Both the position numbers and the translations under genes were made by a program. Shown piece after piece: positions 11,320-22,500 of a stretch of DNA of 64,000 nucleotides. Numbering within the stretch: position 1 is the stretch's first letter; each line of letters begins with the position of its first letter. The DNA comes from Selaginella moellendorffii. Lineage: Eukaryota > Plantae > Lycopodiophyta. The notes below the pieces were generated by a model. That model was given only the letters and a program-made list of their open reading frames with translations. It was not told the DNA's origin and did no database searches. The stretch spans positions 745,737-809,736 of the forward strand of contig NW_003314344.1 of NCBI RefSeq assembly GCF_000143415.4, read 5' to 3'.

Positions 11320-13856
11320 GGCGCCGAGAAAATCCTTGTGCTAGAATCGCTCCAAGAAATCCCTCGAAGAACCCTAGACTGTGCCCCGGCGTTGGAAGAA
11401 TAGAAAGCCAATGGACCCGTTGGGCGGGGCGGACGGTCCTTTAAATACCTAGAAATCACAGAATGCATTACTACTGTGGCCAATGGGCATTAGCAACGTG
11501 GCACTGCCTGGCCAGATTAACGGGCAGTTTGTGCGCTGGCACGCTCAGATGCGTCCACCTGGCACCAACTAAGCAGCGTGTGAAACGAGTATTGACGAGT
11601 ATGGACTTATCAAAAGCGCATTTTGGTTTTAGAATTTCAGGCGCGTCAAACTGATCAAATATGATTAATTATATGTCTTGGTCGAAGGTTCCAAAGAATA
11701 TGCTGATTTGTGCTACAACTAAAAATTGCCCAGCGAATGCCGGCTAGTTGGCAAGACTTAATAGAAGTTCCAAAAGTTTGAATCTGAACATTGACTTGTT
11801 TTGAAGAGTTTTTGTGCACAATGAGTGAACAATTATTCCATGTAAAGCTCTAAAATCACTTCTAGCCTGGAGGTCTCAGTACCTCCAGGTCTGTATCCAA
11901 TGCTTCCTGTGACCTGAATAGTTAGTGGTCAACATGAAGGAAAGAGCTTATGAACTTACCGATGGAAAGGGCCAAAGTTCTCTCAGCACTGCTCCCTACG
12001 CGCTGCTCGGCTGCGATTGGAGTGAGAGGAAAGAGTTGTGCCACACAACTGACCAAGAAAATAGTTTTACAAACTGGCACCTGGCGAAAGTCGAGTCTTT
12101 GCTCAGTCATGCCTCCTAAACATGCATTGCTCAAAGCTGCTCACTGATTCACGTTAAACACCTGATCATCCAGAAACCTGATGGTCTTACAGTCAGTGTC
12201 TCATCAACAATTGAGCGATTCAGAGAGAGCTAGCCGCTCGGAGAAGACACTTGAGGGTGCCAAAAAACAAATCATGTGAACTGTGCCAGCACACCTCATG
12301 TCTTTTGTTTAGAACTGTAAGTGGATATTTGTGAATCTCAAAAAAATATTGATAACTCCTTCAATTTCTTAAATATCCTAACTATGCTTGACATCGCTAG
12401 GACTCATTGTGCCCATGCCCTAGGCATACCTCATTACCAGGCTAAATCTCGCCACACCACCAGCTCTAGAGCTGCTTGCTCTATAACGTTGTATTTGAGC
12501 AAGCTATGTTAAAATTGTTCTTCTAGTGAGATTAAAATGATGCTATAAAATAGTTAATCTAATATGATATAATTTTGGTTTTGTTATTTCTTCTCCTATG
12601 TTTGAACATCAAATTTTATTATATATTTAGTACATAAGCAGGAATTAGCTCAAACATATTATTTGTAAGGTGAAATTTTGGGACAATAGGAAAGTATGAA
12701 AACATTTCAAAAATGTTATATATCATTCAATTTTTACTAATATTTTATGATAATACCATTATTATAATGGTACATAAAAAAACACATGTAATATAAACTT
12801 AATTATTATTTTTGTTGCTACCTATAAAAATAAGATTAATAAGATTAATAAGGTTACCAAGTAATAAGATTTATAAGAGTGCATTCACTCCATGAATAAT
12901 AGATAATTATGCCTTTATAACTCACTTTCAAAGGGATATTTATAAATGGTTATGACCTTAATTTATTTAGAAATGAGAAAGGAACAAATAAAGTGTTGCT
13001 TCATGCCATCCCTTCTCTTTAAACAACAATTTCACTCTCTCTCCACTTAAATAATAGCATTCGGTGTGATGCTTTTTTTTTGTTCCATTTTTTGCATAAT
13101 GCCACATAACTTAGTACACAGAAAAATACATGTATAAAAATCTTGTTTAAAAATATGAGATGTTTTTGCTTGTATGATCCATATTATTTGCCATGAATCA
13201 TCATTATTCTATGTCAGAAATGCCTATGAAAGAAATTTTATCGTTCATTTTTCTCTTTTTTAACATCCATAAATAAATAATTGCTTCCTCCTTTGCAATA
13301 ACAACTTCTTTCTCCTCTTCTTTTGACTGTGGCACAATAGTTAGTGTAGTTGTTTAATACTTAGTTGATGGCATCATTCACAATTCAATTTTCCTTATCA
13401 ATTTTTACATCCATTTTAGATTTCTCCTAGGAAATTACTGATTTGATCACGTCACAATGATTATCACTTATCATTTATAGGATAATACTTGAATTTCTTA
13501 CTTGTCTTCAAAGGACAGTATTGTTATTACTTTTTTATTTATTACTAACAAATTTATAATAGGCTATAGCTATAAAATTTTAATTTAAACATTAAAAGAA
13601 TTAAATTCTATAAAATATAAATAAATTTCAAATATCTCATTTGGCTTGACTATTTTAAGTACCTATTATTTGCCAAAGGCAAATTATGCTTCCAAGCTAG
13701 TGCCATTTCAGGTCTGGCATATTTTAATCTTGTGATTTTGGGGACTTAAAGCCTGAGGATTTAGTGAGCAAAGTAGAATGGCCATTAGATGCCTTACAAA
13801 TATTCTTAAGCTTTTTACTTTTCATGTGCTGTCACTGCCCACTGTGCATTTTCAAA

Positions 13857-13879
13857 ACACACACACACACACACACACA
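13857..13879. repeat. (CA)n microsatellite
   Basis: Direct run of AC units. Confidence 0.9.
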
Positions 13880-13893
13880 TATATATTAAGTGG

Positions 13894-14250
13894 GTTCTAG
13901 GTTCTTCACATCTTGGCATGATCAAGCTTGCGTGGATCAAGGTTGCCCTTGCATGTGCTGTGGAGGTATTTCCCTATATGATGATGCCTCAGCAGCGTAT
14001 TGCAATCAAGACACTCTGAAAGAGTTGAAGGACTTCTGTAGCCTGTGCATGTGCTCCATAGCTTGTTAGAACAAGCTGGACTTGAATTGATAAAATAAAT
14101 TTCCTTGTGTGTATTTTTCTTAATGTATCTGGCGGTGGACTTCTTGTTGCTTGTTGCAGGAGAGTGAGAAGTGGGATGTCCGATCCTACTCCATTAGAAG
14201 GCTCACTGATCTAGGAGAAGGGGAGGAACTTGGCAAGCACCCAAGAGAGC
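13894..14250 (+). pseudogene. Deleted and frameshifted paralog of the Cys-rich peptide gene at 14631
   Basis: Shares CACATCTTGG.ATG, GATGCCTCAGCAGCGTATTGC and TTAGAACAAGCTGGACTTGAAT with 14607-14950. One frame reads QGCPCMCCGGISLYDDASAAYCNQ. The signal-peptide region is missing. Confidence 0.8.
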
Positions 14251-14630
14251 AAAGACTTGATTGTTACATGAACGTCGTCATTGTGGCGGATCCATAATTG
14301 ACAGGGAACATAAACAAGTGCAATTTGCTCGAGCCTTCGACGAGAAAACCCTTGATTTGAGTCGCTTACAAAGTGTAAAGTTTATATTAAACTCAAAAAA
14401 AGTACTACTAATATTTTTTATAAGTTTTTGGGTGGTTTTTCAATGACATCGTATTCTTGACAATTGACTTTTGGTATGTGTCAAAAAAGAACGAATGGAT
14501 ATGAAGCAGCACATGAAAGGCCTAAACATGAAAAGATGCCAAGGTATATCTTTTCTGGAAGTCAGTTTAGGCGGCCTCTCTTGACGAATATATACCGACA
14601 GTATGTGTTCCAAGGTTTTCACATCTTGGG

Positions 14631-14876
14631 ATGATGGTCAGTCCTAGAGTTTGCGCTGCTCTCTTTGCTCTTGCGCTTCTGGTGTCAGCAGTAGCTTCCC
14701 AGGAATGCAGAGATCTCCCACAAGGCTGCAGGGATGGTCCTCGCGAAGGTTGCCTTTGCGCGTGCTGTCCGAATACTCCCCTATATGGTGATGCCTCAGC
14801 AGCGTATTGCGATCAAGAGGCTGTGGAAGTGTTTAAGGAGTTCTGTAGCAGGGGACGCTGTGCCTGTGTTCCATAG
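14631..14876 (+). CDS. Small secreted cysteine-rich peptide (81 aa, 10 Cys in the mature part)
   Basis: Hydrophobic signal peptide ending AVAS. Mature pattern C-x6-C-x7-CxCxCC-x13-C-x11-C-x4-CxC. An adjacent paralog keeps several Cys. Confidence 0.75.
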   Translation: MMVSPRVCAALFALALLVSAVASQECRDLPQGCRDGPREGCLCACCPNTPLYGDASAAYCDQEAVEVFKEFCSRGRCACVP

Positions 14877-15203
14877 CTCTTAGAACAAGCTGGACTTGAA
14901 TAAATTTCCTTCGTGAATAAATTATATATTGTTCTTAAGAGTATCTGGCGATGGAGATCTAGATTCGAGCGATGAGAGTGAGAGGCACTCCTCTGGCTTG
15001 TACTGCGCGGAGGTAAGAGTATCGCTTAGAACCGAGATTGAGGAAATCTCATGAGGAGGAGAAGTCACCTAGAAGAGAAGTGGAATCATGAGCAAGCGCC
15101 CAAGATCATTCCAGTACCAAAGGAGATCCAACAACAATATCACGTCAAGTTGATCCTGGAGCGCCTTGTAGTCGACGAGTAATCACTATGGATTGATTGG
15201 AAG

Positions 15204-16940
15204 CTATGCATCTTTGATCAATCCTTTCGACTTCATAACCCTCTTGAGCTTGGCAACGTCTTTCTTCCTCCCAACGCTTGTATAAATCTCCTCGAGCAGG
15301 AGGTACGGCACTGAGTTGTGAGGATCCATAGCCAGGAGTCTCTCTGCGGCATTCTCTCCGCGAACAACATCGCGGTGGAGCTTGCAAGCGCCCAGTAGCG
15401 ACCCCCAAGCAATCGCATCTGGAGAAAATGGCATGTCGAGGATGAGCTCCTCGGCACTCTCCACACGCCCAGCTCGCCCAAGAACATCGATCACGGCGCA
15501 GTAGTGCTCCCTCATCGCCTTGATTCCATGGTCGCTTTGCATCGACTGGAAGAGCTCGATTCCTTCCTCCAGCAGACCACCGTGGCTGCAAGCCGAGAGA
15601 GCATTCACAAAGGATATCTCGTTTGGAGTGTGGCCCTCCAGGATCATCTTTCGAAATACCTCCAGCGCCTCAGATCCATGTCCCGTGTGACCCAGAGCTT
15701 TGACAAGCGCAGTCCAAGAAGCGATGTCCAGGTCAGGCATAGACTCAAACGTTGACTTGGCCTTGTCAAGATGCCCAGATTGGGCATAAGTTGGGATCAT
15801 CGAGTTCCACGACGCAGTAGTCCACTCGGGCATTCTCTTAAACACCTTCAGAGCCTCCTGAAGACGGTTGTTTTCGCAGTATCCTTGTAGAAAAGCGTTC
15901 CAAGTTACTGTGTTTCTCTCCGGCATGCTCCGAAAGGTGGCATGGAGCTTGTTGAGATTCCCAGACTTGGCAAACGAAGCGAGCATCGCAGTGCAGGAAA
16001 CCACGTCTTGCTCGGGCATTTTCTGGAAGGCAAACTCGGCCTCTTTTGCCATCCCATTTTCAACGAACGATTGGATCATAATGTTCCAGGAAGTCACGTC
16101 TCGCTCGGGCATATCATCGAAAAGTTGACAAGCTTGATCGATATCCCCATTCTGAGCATAAGCTTGGATCAAAGGATTCCACGACAGCGCGTCCGTCTCT
16201 TCCATCTGATCAAACAGACACTTCATCTCTTCTAGATAATTCCCCTCGCCGTGAGCAGCCACTGCGGAGATCATGAGATTCCAGGACACAGTGTTCCTCT
16301 GCGGCATTCTCTCAAAGATCTCCCGGGCGCCACTCAGGGATCCGTTTTGCGAGAAGCCCTGGACGACTGCGTTCCACGACACAACGTCCCTGACAAGCGC
16401 TCGATCAAACATCTTCTTCGCAGATTGCAAATGCCCGGCCTGGGCATACGCGGTGATCATTGTGTTCCAAGACACAGTGTTTCGATCGGCCATGCTCTCG
16501 AAAAGCTCCTCTGCAAGATCGAATTCCCCGTGCTGAGTGTAGAGCTGTAGCATCGTCGTGCACGTCACAACGTTCTTTCTCTCCAGAGAATCAAATACCT
16601 CCTTCGCACGATCAAGATGCCCGTTCTGGGCATATGCAAAAAGGAGGATGTTCCAGGAGAAGAGATTGGGATGAGAGATCTCCTGGAATGCGGCTTGAGC
16701 GTCGGCCACGCTGCCGCATTTTCCATACATCTGGACGACGAGATTGGCGAGGTATCTGTTGTGCTTGTGCTCTCCGGCTACGAGGAATCCATGCGCGAGC
16801 CTGCCCTTGGCCAGATTCTTGGACGCCCCACACGATCGCAGCAGCGTCGCAAGGGCATCCTGATCCAGAGCCTTGGCGAACACGCCCTGCGCTGCGCAAT
16901 CCGGCTGAGAATGCGCCCATCTGCGAAGAAGGCCGATCAT
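15204..16940 (-). CDS. PLS-class pentatricopeptide repeat protein with E domain, intronless
   Basis: Repeated F..M.ER..VSWN motifs, MYGKCGSV, ACSHGGL, HYCAVIDVLGRAG, WGSLLGAC. The first ATG is at 16940; the track start at 16952 is TTG. Confidence 0.95.
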   Translation of the reverse strand: MIGLLRRWAHSQPDCAAQGVFAKALDQDALATLLRSCGASKNLAKGRLAHGFLVAGEHKHNRYLANLVVQMYGKCGSVADAQAAFQEISHPNLFSWNILLFAYAQNGHLDRAKEVFDSLERKNVVTCTTMLQLYTQHGEFDLAEELFESMADRNTVSWNTMITAYAQAGHLQSAKKMFDRALVRDVVSWNAVVQGFSQNGSLSGAREIFERMPQRNTVSWNLMISAVAAHGEGNYLEEMKCLFDQMEETDALSWNPLIQAYAQNGDIDQACQLFDDMPERDVTSWNIMIQSFVENGMAKEAEFAFQKMPEQDVVSCTAMLASFAKSGNLNKLHATFRSMPERNTVTWNAFLQGYCENNRLQEALKVFKRMPEWTTASWNSMIPTYAQSGHLDKAKSTFESMPDLDIASWTALVKALGHTGHGSEALEVFRKMILEGHTPNEISFVNALSACSHGGLLEEGIELFQSMQSDHGIKAMREHYCAVIDVLGRAGRVESAEELILDMPFSPDAIAWGSLLGACKLHRDVVRGENAAERLLAMDPHNSVPYLLLEEIYTSVGRKKDVAKLKRVMKSKGLIKDA

Positions 16941-17021
16941 GCATTTTCCCAAGAGCCCTAATTTATTTGGAATATGCTCTTTTCAACAGGGGTTTTGGGG
17001 GTTTTAGGGTTGTAGGCCAAC

Positions 17022-18294
17022 ATGGGGTGTCGAGTCGGATTCGTCGGCGCCGGCGCCATGGCGGAGGCGATCGCGCGGGGCTTGTCCCGGGCATCGGTCG
17101 TCCCGTTCTCTAGGATGATCGCAGCCGATGTGAGCGAGGCCCGGCGCCGCGTGTTTGAGCAATTGGGCGTCAAAACTGTTGAATCCAACCATGAGGTAAG
17201 CTACATTTTCCCTTCCCTCTCCAGATTGGACGGGATTCTATCTCTGATCAGGTTGCGAGCAGCAGCGATGTCATAATTCTCGCAGTGAAGCCCCAGATTG
17301 GTAAAGCTTTCTCCTTGTGCCTTTTTTCTTTTTCTTCGTATGCCTCTTTTAGTGATTCCTTGGCTGTTGGAAGAGTGCAGCTAGCATCGTCGTCAAGGAT
17401 TTGAAGCCAAAGCTCACGGAAGAACACTTGCTTGTGTCGATTGCAGCAGGCGTGACTTTGGATCGCTTACAGGTATGTGTGCGACGAGTTTTTGTAAGTC
17501 CTCTTTAGATTTTTCTGCTTTGATCCATTTCGTGGAGCTAGGAATGGGCAGGAGAGGCAAGAATCGTGAGGGTAATGCCCAACACTCCATGTCTGGTGGG
17601 AGAGACAGCCGCTGGTAACAAAAAGACTACGTTTGTGTCTGTAGACTCCGCAACTGAATCTTTTCTTCGTTTCTTGTCAGCTATGAGCCTGGGGTTGTTT
17701 GCGACGAACAAAGACGCTGATCTCGTCAAGTCGCTCTTTGAGGCGGTGGGGAAAATTCATATAGTCGACGAGAAGCTCCTCAACGCTGTGACGGGAGTAA
17801 GGTAGATCAAGTGTTTGTTCTTCATTCGTTTTCTTGCCTGTTAACAGAAGAATACGTTTTTGGTGCTGTGCAGTGGTAGTGGCCCTGCTTATATCTTCCT
17901 CGTTATAGAAGCTCTTGCTGATGGCGGAGTGGCCGCTGGATTGCCAAGAAACATTGCCTTGTCACTCGCAGCACAAACGGTAAGCTTTGTCTCATCTGGA
18001 TCATTGAGGTTCTTTTCCTTTATTTAACTGTATCGCAGGTTTATGGATCGGCCAAAATGGTGCTGGAAACAGGAAAGCATCCGGGATTGCTGAAAGACGA
18101 AGTAGCATCTCCTGGAGGTATTGCAAACATATATTTTTTCCTTTCTCTCTGTCTTGAATTAGTGGCTTTTGGATAAAAAAACAGGAACCACGATAGCAGG
18201 ACTGCACGAGCTCGAGAAAGGCGGAGTTAGAGCTGCATTCATAAATGCTGTTGTTGCAGCGACTGAGAGAGGTGAAAAGCTTTCCAAGATGTGA
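17022..18294 (+). CDS. P5CR: Pyrroline-5-carboxylate reductase, multi-exon
   Basis: [76 protein letters not shown]. Confidence 0.96.
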
Positions 18295-19559
18295 TCAAGT
18301 TAGAAATACTGTCTCTTGTGTTTTGAAAATAAACAGAACATGTTTTGCTAAAAGTGTTTCTCCAGAAGAGAATCATAGGCCATCTTTCCAGGCAGGGTGG
18401 CGGAGATGGAAGGACGAGGGTCCCAATTCCATAAAAGTTTGGAGAAAGATCTTCTATGCTCACGGAAGAACACATTCTTGTGTCGGCGTCACTTTAGAGT
18501 TAAGTGTGCGATCTTTCAAAAGTTCCTAGCTGAACCAATGAAACGGACGCGTCACTGACTTGTGCGATAGAACAGGTATCAACGTGGCGCATTTGAAGGA
18601 TTTGAGATTTTGGCAGGAGAAGCGATCAAATCTGGAGACAAAAAGGAGGCTTTCGGGATAGAAAGGAAGGTTTTCCAAGGCATTGAGTGTTCAAAAGTGT
18701 CCAGAATCCTTGGATTCTAGTAGAAGAGGCGTGGCATTCTTGTCATCTATACAGTTGGAATGCTAAAATCAAGGAATTACGAAGGCCTTCCAGAGGCGAA
18801 TTGGATCTAGTGCAAAGATGGCATCACAATCCGAGGTGTTCTTTACAGGAGGAGTTCGGTTGGGCAAGGACGTACATACGTAGAGCTTGTCTTCACAGCA
18901 GCTCTCGCACAAGTTGCATTTTGTTCTTTCTAGAAGAAAAAAAAAGTTTCTTTCATTTCTTAGATTTTTCTCGCTTAGCCAGCTTCCCTTTGCTTGAATC
19001 ACACCACTTAGTCTCCGAGGTCTCTTAAAGAATGCCCATTTGAGGAAACATGACGATATCACGTTGACTGTGGACGTACGTAGAGAATCTCTGGTTCCAA
19101 GTCAACCCCGGTTAGACTTGTGTTGTTTCGTCATCTTCTGATATGATCTGTGCGATTCGGCATTTGCCGCAACTAGGCATCTGCAGCTCTTGCGAGAGCC
19201 CCCCAGTTATCTCCACTTGAGCTTGGAGGGCAAACTAGATAGAGAGCACTGTTGGATGAGCATTTGAGATACCAAGTTAGAGGATGATGTTGGATCTTCA
19301 CCTAGATCTAGATTCTAGACACACCCCATTGCCCAAACAAATCAATCTCCTCCTTTGTGTTGACTTGATCCACCGGTGTGAGCAAACACACACACACAAA
19401 AAGACATCACCCCACCTAACTGGCCCCAAAACCCATGACAATGGCGTGGATCCTTCTCCGCCCTTGAAGAGCCCAAAGAGCTCTCCTCTCCAATTGCCAT
19501 AAGAATGCCCAGCTCGCGCGAGTGGAGCCCTAGGTAAGTAGGGCGATTGGAGCGCAGCG

Positions 19560-22500
19560 ATGGAGGCCAACGGGCATCCCCACTCGCAGGTGGACGACTA
19601 CTGCTTCTCGCTGGGCGGCGCGCGGCCCATCCACAGCATCCTCATTGCCAACAATGGCATGGCCGCCGTCAAGTTCATGCGCAGCGTCAGATCCTGGGCG
19701 TACGAGGCGTTTGGCGCGGAGAGGGCGGTGGTGCTCGTCGCCATGGCCACGCCCGAGGACATGAGGATCAACGCCGAGCACATCCGCATGGCCGACCAGT
19801 TCGTCGAGGTGCCCGGCGGCACCAACAACAACAACTACGCCAATGTGCAGCTCATCACCGAGGTATGATCCAGAGCGCCAGCTCTCACCTTCTTCTCGCT
19901 GTGATCGTGGTGTTCTTCGCGTCTCTCCCAGGTGGCCGAGCGAGCCGGCGTGGCGGCAGTGTGGCCCGGATGGGGGCATGCTTCCGAGAATCCCGATCTT
20001 CCCAGCTCGCTCGCTGCGAGGAATATCGTGTTCTTGGGGCCTCCCGCGGCGCCTATGGCTGCTCTTGGAGATAAGATCGGATCCTCGCTCATCGCGCAGG
20101 CTGCTGGAGTTCCAACGCTTCCCTGGAGTGGATCCAACGTGAGTTTATATGCGCTCGTCGTCGTCAAGTCACACTTCTTTGCTTCTTTGATCCACAGGTT
20201 GCTGTGCCGTTTGAGAGCTGTAGAGATGGGATCCCCGAGGAGCTCTACAAGCAAGCGTGCGTTTTCTCGGCCGAGGAAGCGCTGGCGATGTGCCAGAAGA
20301 TTGGATACCCGGCCATGATCAAGGCGTCCTGGGGTGGCGGTGGCAAAGGGATCCGCAAGGTATTTTAGAGCAAAAAGTTTCGCTTTCTTCGTGCTCTTCT
20401 TTATAGCTGACTACTGTTCCTCCTGTAGGTTCACAACGACGAAGAGGTCAAGGCTTTGTTTAAGCAAGTGCAAGGCGAAGTACCGGGCTCGCCGATCTTT
20501 ATCATGAAAGTTGCCTCTCAGGTACGTAAAGAACGAAGAACACCGTGAAAAAAAAAAAACTCTCTTTTTGTTTCTTCTGGTTAGTGCCGCCACTTGGAGG
20601 TCCAGCTTCTGTGTGATCAGTATGGCAATGTCGCTGCGTTGCACAGCCGTGACTGCAGCGTCCAAAGGCGCCATCAAAAGGTAAAACCAAGGAACGCATT
20701 GCTACTACACTAACGCAAACGCCATCGCAGATAATCGAAGAGGGGCCGATAACCATAGCTCCGCCCGAGACTGTGCGCCTCTTGGAGCAAGGCGCTCGAA
20801 GACTAGCACAGTGTGTCAGCTATGTTGGTGCTGCTACTGTGGAGTACCTCTACAGTATGGAGACTGGCGAGTTCCATTTTCTCGAGCTCAACCCGCGGCT
20901 ACAGGTTTGTCTCGCTTATATCTTGCCTCCTCTTACCGCGTCCTTCAGGTAGAGCATCCGGTGACCGAGTGGATCGCGGAAGTTAACTTACCTGCGGCAC
21001 AGCTCGCGGTTGGCATGGGGATTCCTCTTTGGAAGATACCGGGTATGTTTTGTTTTTCTTTTCTTTACCTGTATGCTCGCATCGTGGGGAGCTAAAGTAG
21101 ACGTAGTACTCCAGAGATCAGGCGGTTTTACGGCAAGGAAGACCAGCTCGTCCACAACCAGACGAATTGGCACGCAGCTGCTGCTGATACCGCTGTGGCC
21201 TTCGACTTTGACACAGCAGTGGCTAACAAGCCCAGGGGACATGTTGTAGCCGTGCGTGTCACTAGCGAGGATCCGGACGATGGTTTCAAGCCCACCACTG
21301 GCAAAGTGCAGGTATGTCAATATCCCTGCGTCTCTTTTTGCTTCAGACTTGTTCTGCTTTTTTCAGGAAGTGAGCTTTAGAAGCAAACCGAATATATGGG
21401 CCTATTTCTCTGTAAAGGTGCGGCAAAACCTCTTTTATCTTTTCCCTTTTCACCCTGTCCTGAGAGGCCTGTCTTGCAGTCTGGTGGTGGCATCCACGAG
21501 TTCTCCGATTCCCAGTTTGGTACGTTTCCAGTCGAGGACACACTTAATTATTGCTGATTGCTCTTGCGCCTCCTGTAGGACACGTCTTTGCGTTTGGAGA
21601 GACACGTCCGGCCGCCATTGCAAACATGGTACTTGGGCTCAAAGAGCTGCACATCCGAGGTGAAATCCATACCAACGTTGACTACACCGTCGATCTTCTT
21701 CACGTAAGCTTTTTGTAATGCACGCAATGTGGAGTCTTGTCACTAATACTTGTGCGTTGTAGGCGCCTGAGTACAAGAACAACAAGATACATACGGGCTG
21801 GCTGGACGGCCGGATTGCCATGCGTTTGCGGGCCGAGCGGCCTTTGTGGTATCTATCGGTGGTTTGTGGAGCCATTTACGTAAGTTCTCCTTGCTTTGAG
21901 AAGCATAACACCTTATCTGTGCGTTTATGTGCCAGAGAACATCAAGACTTTGTGCAGCACGAGTGTCCGAGTACATAGGCTACCTTGAGAAAGGACAAAT
22001 CCCACCGAAGGTAAGCAATGCTTGCGGTTCTTCTTTACTAATCCTTTCGCTAGTTCGTCTCAACAGAACATTTCTCTCGTCAATTTTCGCACGTCGCTCA
22101 ACATCGATGGCAGCAAATACACGGTAAACGGCAACCATCTTCTCGCCTTGTTATCAATTCGCTCTCTCACTGCGTGACTGTGTGTGTGTGTGCGTGTGTG
22201 TGCACAGATGGAATTAACAAAAGGTGGCCCCGGGACGTACAGATTAAATATGAATAATTCTCGAGTCGAGGCCGAGGTCCACACGCTGCGAGACGGAGGT
22301 CTACTTGTCCAGGTTTGTGCTTTGTTACCGCTGCTTGTTATTGCTCATTGGATCATCCATCAGCTGGATGGGAACAGCCATGTTGTCTATGGAGAGGAGG
22401 AAGCCGCTGGAACGAGGCTACTTATTGATGGACGTACATGCTTGTTACAGGTGAGAGTTTCTTCCCCTGGTTTCTTTCTTTGTTTTTGCTGAAGCTGTGT

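Noticed and set aside
11700-13850. Short ORFs and AT-rich tract as a gene or MITE
   Set aside because: No recognisable protein motifs, terminal inverted repeats or TSD found by eye.
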